Shown here: positions 55,956 through 64,000 of the stretch, piece by piece | Numbering within the stretch: the stretch's first letter is position 1 | How the letters are laid out: each line of letters starts with the position of its first letter | Origin: an uncultured Candidatus Saccharibacteria bacterium | Lineage (GTDB): Bacteria; Patescibacteriota; Minisyncoccia; Spechtbacterales; 2-12-FULL-38-22 | Length of the DNA: 64,000 nucleotides | Assembly: GCA_964393575.1 (NCBI GenBank) | Contig: CAYMUG010000002.1 | Span: forward strand, 341 to 64,340 | Direction of reading: 5' to 3' | Position numbers and translations under genes: made by a program | The notes under the pieces: generated by a model | What the model was told of the DNA's origin: nothing | Database searches by the model: none | Seen by the model: the letters and a program-made list of their open reading frames with translations, nothing else

Positions 55956-55985
55956 AATTTTGTTCACTGCGCTCACAAAGTAATA
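55956..55985 (-). promoter_or_regulatory. conserved 5' leader motif copy (GTGAGCGCAGTGAACAAAATT-ATG)
   Basis: Leader motif family. It is nearly identical to the rplI leader. Confidence 0.45.
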
Positions 55986-56150
55986 ATGCGAATGATGCTA
56001 ATTTTTATGCGAATGATACGAATTGTTTTTGGTTTAATTCGCGGCATTCGCATGCCTGCCTGCAAAAGCGAGGCGGCGGGCAGGCATTCGTGTCATACAA
56101 TTCATGATATTCGCATTATTATAAAGCGAGCGAAGCAAGTATTAATTATA
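55986..56150. repeat. composite palindromic intergenic element (outer IR taataatgcgaat.../...attcgcattatta; inner GCCTGCC...GGCAGGC palindrome; 3' block related to 1470-1515)
   Basis: Read directly. Confidence 0.55.
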
Positions 56151-56166
56151 AAAATTGAGGTATAGT

Positions 56167-56400
56167 TTATGACTCAAGTAAATCTTCTAAGGCCTCTTTA
56201 TCAAAACCAATGAGGACTTTTTCTCCGACCTGAATAACGGGAACTCCCATTTGACCTGATTTATCTATCATCTCCTGTCGCGCTTCCTGATCCTGAGTTA
56301 CATCCTTCTCATTATACTCAATTTCGTTTTCTTTAAAGTACTCTTTTGCCATTTTGCAGTAATGGCATGTTGGTGTAGTGTATATGGTAACTTGTGACAT
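56167..56400 (-). CDS. glutaredoxin-like thioredoxin-fold protein (CHYC active site)
   Basis: YTTPTCHYCKMAK...GVPVI is present. Confidence 0.7.
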   Translation of the reverse strand: MSQVTIYTTPTCHYCKMAKEYFKENEIEYNEKDVTQDQEARQEMIDKSGQMGVPVIQVGEKVLIGFDKEALEDLLES

Positions 56401-56555
56401 TTTAATGTTTGTTAATTATAAGCTTTTTCAATTCTAACACATCTTTAATTTTAACGTAACAGCAGTTGAAAACTTATTCAAATATCAAACAACAGAATAA
56501 CCCGTTTTTGTTAATCTGTTCTTTTGTTATTACTATTTTCTAATTTCTGCAAGCC

Positions 56556-57047
56556 TTGGCAATGTCGCAAAAAGGAGTTATAATTAAAAGCACTATGGTA
56601 CAACTTACAAAAGAGGGATACAAAAAATTAAAACAGGAATTAAAACAATTACAGAATGAAGAAAAACCCAAAGTTGCAAAAGCTCTTGAAGAAGCAATAG
56701 CAGAAGGTGATTTATCGGAAAATGCTGCCTATGAAGAGGCTAAAGAAAAACAAGCAAAGCTTGAGGCAAAAATAAGCGAATTGAAACAAAAATTATCCAC
56801 GGCTGAAATAGTGGAAGAAGAAACAGGTGGCACAGCCGGCGTAGGAAGCACAATAAGAGTAAAAGACGAAAATGGCTCTGAGAAAACGTTTAAGATAACC
56901 GACAGCGAAGAAAGTAATCCTATGGAAGGAAAAATTTCTTACGATTCACCGTTAGGAAAAGCGTTTATAGGGCACCAAGAAGGAGAAAAAGTTAAGGCAA
57001 ATACCCCCGGCGGTGAAAAGCAGTTTGAAGTTCTGGAAGTGAAATAA
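56556..57047 (+). CDS. greA: transcription elongation factor GreA
   Basis: An N-terminal coiled coil and a C-terminal FKBP-like domain are present. The start may be the internal M at 56595. Confidence 0.85.
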   Translation: MAMSQKGVIIKSTMVQLTKEGYKKLKQELKQLQNEEKPKVAKALEEAIAEGDLSENAAYEEAKEKQAKLEAKISELKQKLSTAEIVEEETGGTAGVGSTIRVKDENGSEKTFKITDSEESNPMEGKISYDSPLGKAFIGHQEGEKVKANTPGGEKQFEVLEVK

Positions 57048-57080
57048 GTGTAAGAGATTTAAATTTTGGGATATTACCTA

Positions 57081-57126
57081 AAAAAGGTCGGCTAAATCAT
57101 AGATTTAGCCGACCTTTTTTATTTTT
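57081..57126. terminator. bidirectional terminator aggtcggctaaatc-atag-atttagccgacct + T-tract (paralog of 16419-16456)
   Basis: Read directly. Confidence 0.65.
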
Positions 57127-57157
57127 AGTTGAGTGCCGGCAACCTCACAAACCAAAG

Positions 57158-57478
57158 TTATATGCCTAATATCTCTTTAACTTCGGATAAAATTTCTTCG
57201 GGCACCGGCTCCTTTTCCGGCGCCTTTCCGGGATAACGCCATGCTGTAATTATTCTACATCGCCGATTTTTTGTAAGCTGATACATCACCCATATTTCCT
57301 GATATTTTTTTGATTGAGCGGGACGCATCACGGCAATTGTATTTGCAACAATACCCTGTTCCGTCCGCTTAGGAAAACGAATGACACGCTTTATCAGCTG
57401 CGGAGAAAGTCGGTAGTAGCGCATTTTGTATTGAGCATGATTTGTCCACTGGTATTTTGAAGGTAACTTTGAAGGCAT
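57158..57478 (-). CDS. hypothetical protein (106 aa)
   Basis: ORF. Confidence 0.4.
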   Translation of the reverse strand: MPSKLPSKYQWTNHAQYKMRYYRLSPQLIKRVIRFPKRTEQGIVANTIAVMRPAQSKKYQEIWVMYQLTKNRRCRIITAWRYPGKAPEKEPVPEEILSEVKEILGI

Positions 57479-57479
57479 A

Positions 57480-57737
57480 TTATATAACGTTTCCGCGCTC
57501 TTTGTTTAAAAGTTGCATTTTCCGGTTTAATCCCCTGTTGTAACCTCCGACACTACCGTCGGAACGAATAACCCTGTGACAGGGAATGCGCGGGTTGGTG
57601 TTTTTATTTAAAATATTTCCCACAACCCGGAATGCTTTGGGGTTCCCCGCCCGCCTCGCAACTTCTTTATATGTTAAAACCTCTCCTTTGGGTATCCCGG
57701 AAACTACTTGTAAAACTTTGTGACTAAACGAAGGCAT
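57480..57737 (-). CDS. methylated-DNA--protein-cysteine methyltransferase, DNA-binding/catalytic domain only (85 aa)
   Basis: The PCHRV active-site motif is present. Confidence 0.75.
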   Translation of the reverse strand: MPSFSHKVLQVVSGIPKGEVLTYKEVARRAGNPKAFRVVGNILNKNTNPRIPCHRVIRSDGSVGGYNRGLNRKMQLLNKERGNVI

Positions 57738-57745
57738 ATAACTAT

Positions 57746-58540
57746 TTATATGAACGCTGCGCTTATTGCAAGCAATCCGAAAAACAAAACAAAATAAGCA
57801 AAGTTTATTTTTTGAGCCAGTTTTAACAGCGCATGAATTGTTAAAAGCCCGAAGAGAAACGAGGATCCAAGAGCTACAAACACGGGTAATGTAAATTTAA
57901 ATTCGGAAAAATTTAATATTATATTCCCCGCAAGGACCACGGGTAAGCTCATAAGAAAACTTAAACGCAAAGAAAGAACTTCGTTTACCCTGCTTAATAA
58001 CAGGGCTGAAGTAGTCATACCCGACCTGGATATGCCGGGCAATACAGAAAAACCCTGAGCAATGCCCGTAAAAATCCAATCCTTCGCATTAATATTGTCT
58101 TTCCCGCGCAACCCCTTCTTTTTTGATACAAATTGAATGAAGGCGGTAAATAAAAGTGCAATTCCGACCAACAACATTATAGAATTACCTGTAAAAGCAA
58201 ACTCTCTTTCTGCGACACTTATTCCCCATAAAATGATACTCGCAATAATTCCTGTAACAATAGTTCCTCCTATTAAAAATCTGAGTACAGCTTTTGTTTC
58301 CGGATCCGCATGTTTAAACATAAAAAGAGATCGCGTAAGACGCCATACTTCTCTGCGAAAGTATACCAAAGCTGAAAAAAATGTTCCCATATGTAAAAAC
58401 AGTGCAACTCTTATTGCCTCCTCAAGTGATATAGGTTTGTTAAACAACTTGACCCGAATCAACGTTAAAATACCCTCCGAACTAATAGGAAGCCATTCTG
58501 TAATACCCTGAACTATGCCAAGAATTAACTGTTCCAACAT
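57746..58540 (-). CDS. uppP: undecaprenyl-diphosphatase
   Basis: BacA/UppP motifs and 8 TM segments. Confidence 0.9.
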   Translation of the reverse strand: MLEQLILGIVQGITEWLPISSEGILTLIRVKLFNKPISLEEAIRVALFLHMGTFFSALVYFRREVWRLTRSLFMFKHADPETKAVLRFLIGGTIVTGIIASIILWGISVAEREFAFTGNSIMLLVGIALLFTAFIQFVSKKKGLRGKDNINAKDWIFTGIAQGFSVLPGISRSGMTTSALLLSRVNEVLSLRLSFLMSLPVVLAGNIILNFSEFKFTLPVFVALGSSFLFGLLTIHALLKLAQKINFAYFVLFFGLLAISAAFI

Positions 58541-58546
58541 ACTTGC

Positions 58547-59104
58547 TTATTCCTGCTCTTGTTTGAGATTAAATTTATCAATCATATTATAAACAGCGCC
58601 TTCAGGAGTTAAGTCGGAAGACCACAACTCAAATGACTGAATTTTAAAGTTATATCCTTCGGGGGTTTTGCTTTTAAACTTAAACCGGGACGCAATTCCG
58701 GGATCCTTAAATCTGGCTATGGTTGCATGCGGAATTATACTTTTGTGTGTATTCAAATTTTGCGGAATAAACTGACTCAGGCGATCGCCGGAAAGGTTTA
58801 CCAAATTTTTAAACTCCTCGGGCGCAGAAAATACAGTCCAAATCATACTCGGTGGACGATTCGGAGGAGCATATATTATCTCTCGCAGTTCAAGAGTAAA
58901 TTCATTAATACCGGAAGCTACATCCGCGAGGGTATTTTTTATTCCATCTATTTTTTCATATTCTACATCTCCTAAAAACTGTAACGTTATATGCAGGTTT
59001 TTGTCGGAAGTCCATCGTATATTGTAATTTTCTCCCTCCTTTTTGAATTCCGATATATAGTTTTTTATCTCTTCCGGTATTGGTATGGCTGTAAATAATC
59101 TCAT
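58547..59104 (-). CDS. RNA 2',3'-cyclic phosphodiesterase (2H phosphoesterase, LigT/ThpR)
   Basis: Two H-x-T/S-x motifs are present (HITLQF, HATIAR). Confidence 0.8.
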   Translation of the reverse strand: MRLFTAIPIPEEIKNYISEFKKEGENYNIRWTSDKNLHITLQFLGDVEYEKIDGIKNTLADVASGINEFTLELREIIYAPPNRPPSMIWTVFSAPEEFKNLVNLSGDRLSQFIPQNLNTHKSIIPHATIARFKDPGIASRFKFKSKTPEGYNFKIQSFELWSSDLTPEGAVYNMIDKFNLKQEQE

Positions 59105-59156
59105 GCCATAGTTCTCGGCGAGGCGTTGAGTGTAACGAAACGCCGAGACTTTAGAA

Positions 59157-59354
59157 TTATGAGCACCCTGAGGAGCGCAGCGACGAAGGATTGCATTCTC
59201 CTTCTATAGGCAAAGCGCGGTCTTCATATGCATCTTCTTTGTCTTCGGGGCGAACAAAATCGGCACGATCCGTATTTTCAAACGCATCAATTATACGTTG
59301 GTTTTTTAAATGCCCCGCATCAACTAACGACTGCACCATCTCCTTATTGCTCAT
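59157..59354 (-). pseudogene. N-terminal remnant of protein-L-isoaspartate O-methyltransferase (pcm)
   Basis: FVRPEDKEDAYEDRALPIEGE matches the Pcm N-terminus. The ORF stops before the SAM-binding motif. Only about 50 bp separate it from the next gene. Confidence 0.45.
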
Positions 59355-59899
59355 TTTTTCTTATATAACCTCTCCGGCTCAGCTGCCCTGAAACGAAGAG
59401 GTTTATCCGCCCACTCACCTGCATAGTCTATTCCTACTCTGGCCAAACGTTCAATATTATTTTTTTCCGCTTCCGCGCTTCCCTCTTCAAACCATACCCC
59501 TATTTCTTTGCTTGCGGGTTTTCCGTTAATACTTTTATCTATATTAAAGTGTTTTGTGAGTTTCCCGGGGCCGTTATATTCCTCTATACCTCTTATTAAA
59601 ACCGCAGATGGATACTCTATTTTATCCGTAACTACATTAAGCATCCAATGCACTCCGTAAATCAGATATACATAAAAATTACCCGGATTTCCGAACATAA
59701 CTTCTGTACGTTCGGTTCTTCCGCGCGAGGCATGAGAAGCCTTGTCCTCCGGGCCGACATATGCTTCGGTTTCGGTAATAATTCCGCGTAATTCTTCCGG
59801 GTCTTGTTTTTTTACTAAATATTTTCCTATTAAATCGTGGGCCACCGCTTCAGCGGGTCGTGCGAAAAACGAAGATTTTAAAATGTTCTCGGTATTCAT
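59351..59899 (-). CDS. DNA-3-methyladenine glycosylase (AAG/MPG family)
   Basis: LIGKYLV...ITETEAYVGPEDKASHA...YGVHWMLNVV is present. Confidence 0.85.
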   Translation of the reverse strand: MNTENILKSSFFARPAEAVAHDLIGKYLVKKQDPEELRGIITETEAYVGPEDKASHASRGRTERTEVMFGNPGNFYVYLIYGVHWMLNVVTDKIEYPSAVLIRGIEEYNGPGKLTKHFNIDKSINGKPASKEIGVWFEEGSAEAEKNNIERLARVGIDYAGEWADKPLRFRAAEPERLYKKK

Positions 59900-60181
59900 T
59901 TAGTATTCTATACTAAACTCTTCAAACTCTTTAACCTTTCCTTCATCAAAAGAAATATTTTCCACCTTTGCAAGACGGGACCCTTCTTTTGCCCATTCAA
60001 GAAGACGATTTAACTCCTCTTCTTTTCCCTCAGCTTCAATATATACAGAACCGTCTTCTTGATTGCTCACATAACCCGTTATCCCCAAACGTTCAGCCTG
60101 TTTTTGGGTTTCGGCACGGAAAAACACGCCTTGCACCTTTCCATAAACACTTATGTTGTAATGTTTTTTATTTTCTTGCAT
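59900..60181 (-). CDS. acylphosphatase
   Basis: VQGVFFR and GYVSNQEDGSV are present. Confidence 0.85.
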   Translation of the reverse strand: MQENKKHYNISVYGKVQGVFFRAETQKQAERLGITGYVSNQEDGSVYIEAEGKEEELNRLLEWAKEGSRLAKVENISFDEGKVKEFEEFSIEY

Positions 60182-60218
60182 AAGTTGACATCTCCGTTTT
60201 TTTAGATTATCCGCTTAT

Positions 60219-60734
60219 TTACTTTGGATGAGATAAATTAAATACCGCCACACCAAAAGCAACGCTGACGTTTAATGACTTTTTTTCGCCCTTCATCGGT
60301 ATTTCCAGCACCTTGTCCGCTCTCTTTAAAATTCCCGGGGTCAACCCTTTAACTTCATGACCCACAACAAGAGCGATTTTTTTAAGTTCTTCGCGGGTAG
60401 GTTTGACTTTAAAATACGGAACAGAGTTTTTACTTGTCTCTAACGCATAAATACGGAAACCCTCTTTTTTGAGATTATCAAGGAGTATATGGGTTTTTGC
60501 TCCACGGGGAGAGCTTGTTGAGCTGCCCCGCTCCCATTCTACGTAATTTTCAGCCCCCAGAGAAACTTTGGTAAACCTGATGCGGGGTTTGCCTAGTTCA
60601 TCGTAAGGGGCGGGTGTGTGTCCGCACAAGTATATTTTTTCTACGCCGGCTCCGTCAGCAGTGCGAAAAATTGAACCCGTGTTATGCATACTTCTTAAAT
60701 TGTGTAATACCACAATCATACTTACAAATGACAA
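60219..60734 (-). CDS. SpoU/TrmH-family RNA 2'-O-methyltransferase
   Basis: SPOUT motifs are present (NTGSIFRTA, LVVGHEVKG, N.SVA.G). Confidence 0.8.
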   Translation of the reverse strand: MSFVSMIVVLHNLRSMHNTGSIFRTADGAGVEKIYLCGHTPAPYDELGKPRIRFTKVSLGAENYVEWERGSSTSSPRGAKTHILLDNLKKEGFRIYALETSKNSVPYFKVKPTREELKKIALVVGHEVKGLTPGILKRADKVLEIPMKGEKKSLNVSVAFGVAVFNLSHPK

Positions 60735-60926
60735 ATGACTTATGACAAGCTACCATAAACTGTAATGCGTAATATGTAACAAGACCGAAGCGCCGAAGGC
60801 GCTTCCCGTACGGATTACTAGTTACAGATTACAGATTACGATTTTGTTTGATTATTCTCTTATTTTATATACTAACATATAAAACGAAAGCGGCCCGAAG
60901 AAGATCGGACCGCGTAAGTACTTGGA

Positions 60927-61721
60927 CTAATTAAGCTTTTCATTGAACTCATAAAGCTTTTTGTTGAACACTGTATTTTTAAAACGTTCACCTTCGCCTT
61001 GAGTTTCAAAAACAGATACGCCGCAATTTACCGGTTTTTGTGATTTATTGCTAACATACTCCAAAAACGTAGTTTCATCCCACCATTCCAAAACCGCTCG
61101 TACGGCAAGTATTACAGTAAAATGTGAGATAACTAAAATGTTTTTACCGGCAAATTCTCGATTTATACGTTCAAGGAACATTTGCACCCTGTCAAGCAAT
61201 TCGGGAACGTTTTCTCCGCGGGGAAATTTATAATAATACATTCCATCCCTCTCCCGTCTTAGCCGCTCTTCAGGATTAAGGGCAAAAAACACCCTGAATG
61301 CACCGAATGTGCCGTACTCATGAGCGTCGCCCGTACTCTGTTCACGCATAGCTTGAGCGGGTAGATAGGGTGCAGATTCTGACCCTAAAAGAGGCCAGAA
61401 TGTTTGCATAACCGCAAAAGTTTGGCAAGCCCGCACATAAGGAGATACAAATACTACCTCCGGAGGTTCAATTATTTCTTGTAACACCACACCTGTTTTT
61501 TGCGCCTGTCGCTTTCCTTCAGGGGTAAGGTGTATTTTTTGATCTGCAACGTTTGTTCCGTACACTTTCTTTAGTTCTGCAGCCTTTTTTCTTGTGGATT
61601 TAGAATCCGGATCGGCCTCATATTCTCTTACAAATTTCTGATATAAGTCGGAATTAGTAGCTATTCTATCTGTGAAGTTAAGGTACGATTCAGCATGCCG
61701 AATTAACGTTAGTTGCGACAT
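60927..61721 (-). CDS. histidine phosphatase superfamily protein (phosphoglycerate-mutase-like)
   Basis: An N-terminal LIRHAES (RHG-type) motif is present. Confidence 0.7.
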   Translation of the reverse strand: MSQLTLIRHAESYLNFTDRIATNSDLYQKFVREYEADPDSKSTRKKAAELKKVYGTNVADQKIHLTPEGKRQAQKTGVVLQEIIEPPEVVFVSPYVRACQTFAVMQTFWPLLGSESAPYLPAQAMREQSTGDAHEYGTFGAFRVFFALNPEERLRRERDGMYYYKFPRGENVPELLDRVQMFLERINREFAGKNILVISHFTVILAVRAVLEWWDETTFLEYVSNKSQKPVNCGVSVFETQGEGERFKNTVFNKKLYEFNEKLN

Positions 61722-61835
61722 TATACCTCCTTCGGTCGGCAGGTTAATTGTATAATTTATAACACAAAGCGAACAAAAATTCCAGATTTGCCGTACTATT
61801 TTAATTTAGCGAAAAATATAGTAAAAAGAAAGAAT

Positions 61836-63809
61836 ATGTCTGAACAAAAAAAATCCGAAAAATCAAATAAACACCCTCCTCATATAGTTGAAGGAATACT
61901 TACAGTTGCCCAAAACGGCGTGGGGTATGTGGACACAGGAGAAGAGGAAAAGGAAGATATTCAAATTCAACCACACCTATTAAACACAGCTTTAAACCAA
62001 GATGAGGTGCGTGTTGCTATACTGCCAAAAAGTGAGGATGATACCAGAACTCAGGGAGAGGTTATAAAAGTGTTAAAACGCGCAAAAGATGAATTTATAG
62101 GCACTATAGATAAGAAAAATCCTGAAAAAAATTTTGCCTTTGTTGTACCCGATAACCCTCGTATGCAAACGGATATTTTTATTCCTGACGCGCGCTCCGA
62201 AGAGATAAAGCACAACCACAAAGCACTGGTAAAAATTACCGACTGGGGGTCCCCTAAAAAAAATCTTTCCGGAGAAATAGTAAAAGTTCTCGGCAAAAAA
62301 GGACGGCATGAGGTAGAAATGCAGGCCATTCTTTTGGGAAGCGGCTATCCTGCTGACTTTTCCGAAGAAGCTACCAAAGAGGCGAAAATAATACAAAAAG
62401 AGGCCAAACCTATTTCTCAAAAAGAAAAGGATCTGCGTACAAACCTTACTGATTTAACTATTTTTAGTATAGACCCGGAAGACGCCAAAGACCTTGATGA
62501 TGCCCTTTCGGTTAAAAAAATAGAGGATAATCTGTTTGAAGTTGGAATACATATAGCTGATGTAACTCATTATGTAAAAGAAGGCACTGCTATTGATGTA
62601 AACGCCAAGGATAAAGGCAACTCTGTATACTTAGTGGACAGGACAGTGCATATGCTGCCCGAAGAACTTTCTGCGGATGTATGCAGCTTAAATCCGGGTG
62701 AAGAAAAATTGGCTTTTTCCGCAATATTTAAAGTTGACAAACAAGGCCACATTAAAAACAGATGGTTCGGCAAATCCGTTATAAATTCTAAGGCAAGATT
62801 TTCTTATGAAGAAGCGCAAAAAGCCATAGATACAGGCAAAGGAAAATACGCCGAAGAATTGCGGATCTTAAATGAAATAAGCAAAAATCTGCAAAAACAA
62901 AAAGAAGAACGCGGGGCACTAACCTTTGAACAGCCGGAAATAAAATTTGAATTTGATTCTAAGGGCAAGCCAATCCGTGTTTTGGAGAAAAAACTTCTCC
63001 CGGCACACAAATTAATTGAAGAATTTATGGTTATGGCTAACCGCGAAGTAGCTAAATATATTTATCAACAAGCTAAGAATAAAAGGAGTTTGGGTTTATA
63101 TCGTATTCACGAACCTCCGGAGAAAAAGAATGTAATTGAGCTTATCGGTTTTCTGAACGCTTTAGGCTACGATTTTCAACCCCCAAAAAGCGAAAATATA
63201 TCTTCAAAAAAACTAAATGAATTGTTTAAAGCGGTAGAGGGAAAAAGTGAAGAGTACCTGGTGGAAACTATGGCTATGCGGGATATGGAAAAGGCGGTGT
63301 ACTCCCTTGAGGCAAAAGGACATTACGGCCTGGCGTTGGAGCATTATACGCATTTTACTTCCCCAATACGCAGATACGCGGATATGATGGTACATAGGAT
63401 TTTACATGGTTACCTGGAAGAAAAACCCGTAAGCGCCAAGAAAGCTAAAGATTATAAAAAAATTACGGAAAACCTAAATCGAAAAGAAGCCAATGCACAA
63501 GAGGCAGAACGGGACTCTATAAAGTACAAACAAGTGGAATATATGCTTCAACATAAAGGGGAAACATTTAAAGGAGTTGTAGCCGGAGTATTTAAGTGGG
63601 GTATATTTGTACAGGAAAATACCACCAAAGCCAGCGGCCTCGTTAAAATTTACGACATGGAGGATGATTACTATGTTCTGGACAAAGAAAATTATGCGCT
63701 TCGGGGCACACACACCAATAAAAAATACACTATAGGAGATGAGATTAAAATAAAAGTTGTAGGCGGAGATACGGAGCAGAAAATATTAGATTACAAAATT
63801 GTTTCATAA
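61836..63809 (+). CDS. rnr: ribonuclease R (RNB family)
   Basis: Cold-shock-like domains are followed by an RNB domain (DPEDAKDLDDALS) and a C-terminal S1. The start is taken at MSEQKK. Confidence 0.9.
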   Translation: MSEQKKSEKSNKHPPHIVEGILTVAQNGVGYVDTGEEEKEDIQIQPHLLNTALNQDEVRVAILPKSEDDTRTQGEVIKVLKRAKDEFIGTIDKKNPEKNFAFVVPDNPRMQTDIFIPDARSEEIKHNHKALVKITDWGSPKKNLSGEIVKVLGKKGRHEVEMQAILLGSGYPADFSEEATKEAKIIQKEAKPISQKEKDLRTNLTDLTIFSIDPEDAKDLDDALSVKKIEDNLFEVGIHIADVTHYVKEGTAIDVNAKDKGNSVYLVDRTVHMLPEELSADVCSLNPGEEKLAFSAIFKVDKQGHIKNRWFGKSVINSKARFSYEEAQKAIDTGKGKYAEELRILNEISKNLQKQKEERGALTFEQPEIKFEFDSKGKPIRVLEKKLLPAHKLIEEFMVMANREVAKYIYQQAKNKRSLGLYRIHEPPEKKNVIELIGFLNALGYDFQPPKSENISSKKLNELFKAVEGKSEEYLVETMAMRDMEKAVYSLEAKGHYGLALEHYTHFTSPIRRYADMMVHRILHGYLEEKPVSAKKAKDYKKITENLNRKEANAQEAERDSIKYKQVEYMLQHKGETFKGVVAGVFKWGIFVQENTTKASGLVKIYDMEDDYYVLDKENYALRGTHTNKKYTIGDEIKIKVVGGDTEQKILDYKIVS

Positions 63810-64000
63810 TCCGCCTAAAACCCAACCCGCATTCGGTTTTTTGATGACCTGTATTACTTTACCGTTAATTATAAAATTATCGTCCGGGTGTAGGTATATA
63901 GGCGCATAGTTTTGCGTGCTTTCCGAAACAAGAATAACGCGGCGCTCTTCTTTTATAACTCTCTTAATTGCAGCTACTTCATCCACCGCAGCTACCACAT
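63804..64000 (-). CDS. C-terminal end of an unidentified protein that continues beyond the window
   Basis: The open frame runs to the window edge. Confidence 0.3.
   Translation of the reverse strand, partial: VVAAVDEVAAIKRVIKEERRVILVSESTQNYAPIYLHPDDNFIINGKVIQVIKKPNAGWVLGGL

Noticed and set aside
1-64000. tRNA, rRNA or other structured RNA genes
   Set aside because: No cloverleaf-compatible segments, such as GTTCGA T-loop motifs with matched acceptor stems, were found in the intergenic regions. All long intergenic stretches are accounted for by promoters, terminators or repeats.

Overview
This is a 64 kb AT-rich window of roughly 35-40% GC that looks like a small-genome, Gram-positive-like or candidate-phyla-type bacterium; that lineage call is an inference. 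Coding density is high. The housekeeping content includes fmt, def, priA, rplI, pyrG, rpmA, gltX, aspS, greA, rnr and uppP. There is a partial cell-division/peptidoglycan cluster (murG, ftsW, mraY, a D-Ala-D-Ala carboxypeptidase, an M23 peptidase, murF-like, FemAB, DegT). A cell-envelope glycopolymer locus carries GT2 and GT4 glycosyltransferases, an O-antigen-ligase-like protein and an LCP-family protein. A cellulose-synthase-like GT2 sits next to a glycoside hydrolase. A surface adhesin with a non-canonical LGKTG sorting signal lies next to a sortase. A nickel superoxide dismutase (sodN) is paired with its maturation protease (sodX). The accessory content is: (1) a RiPP-like pair made of a 51-aa precursor ORF absent from the supplied track and a microviridin-type ATP-grasp ligase that lacks an ATG start; (2) a tandem array of paralogous small two-TM proteins driven by a perfect sigma70 consensus promoter, next to a tyrosine recombinase; (3) two GC-rich gene islands with AT-rich consensus promoters; (4) several families of intergenic repeats, namely a 5' leader motif found in front of six genes, a pair of ~130-bp elements, repeated terminator hairpins and GC-rich palindromes. 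No rRNA, tRNA or CRISPR was found.
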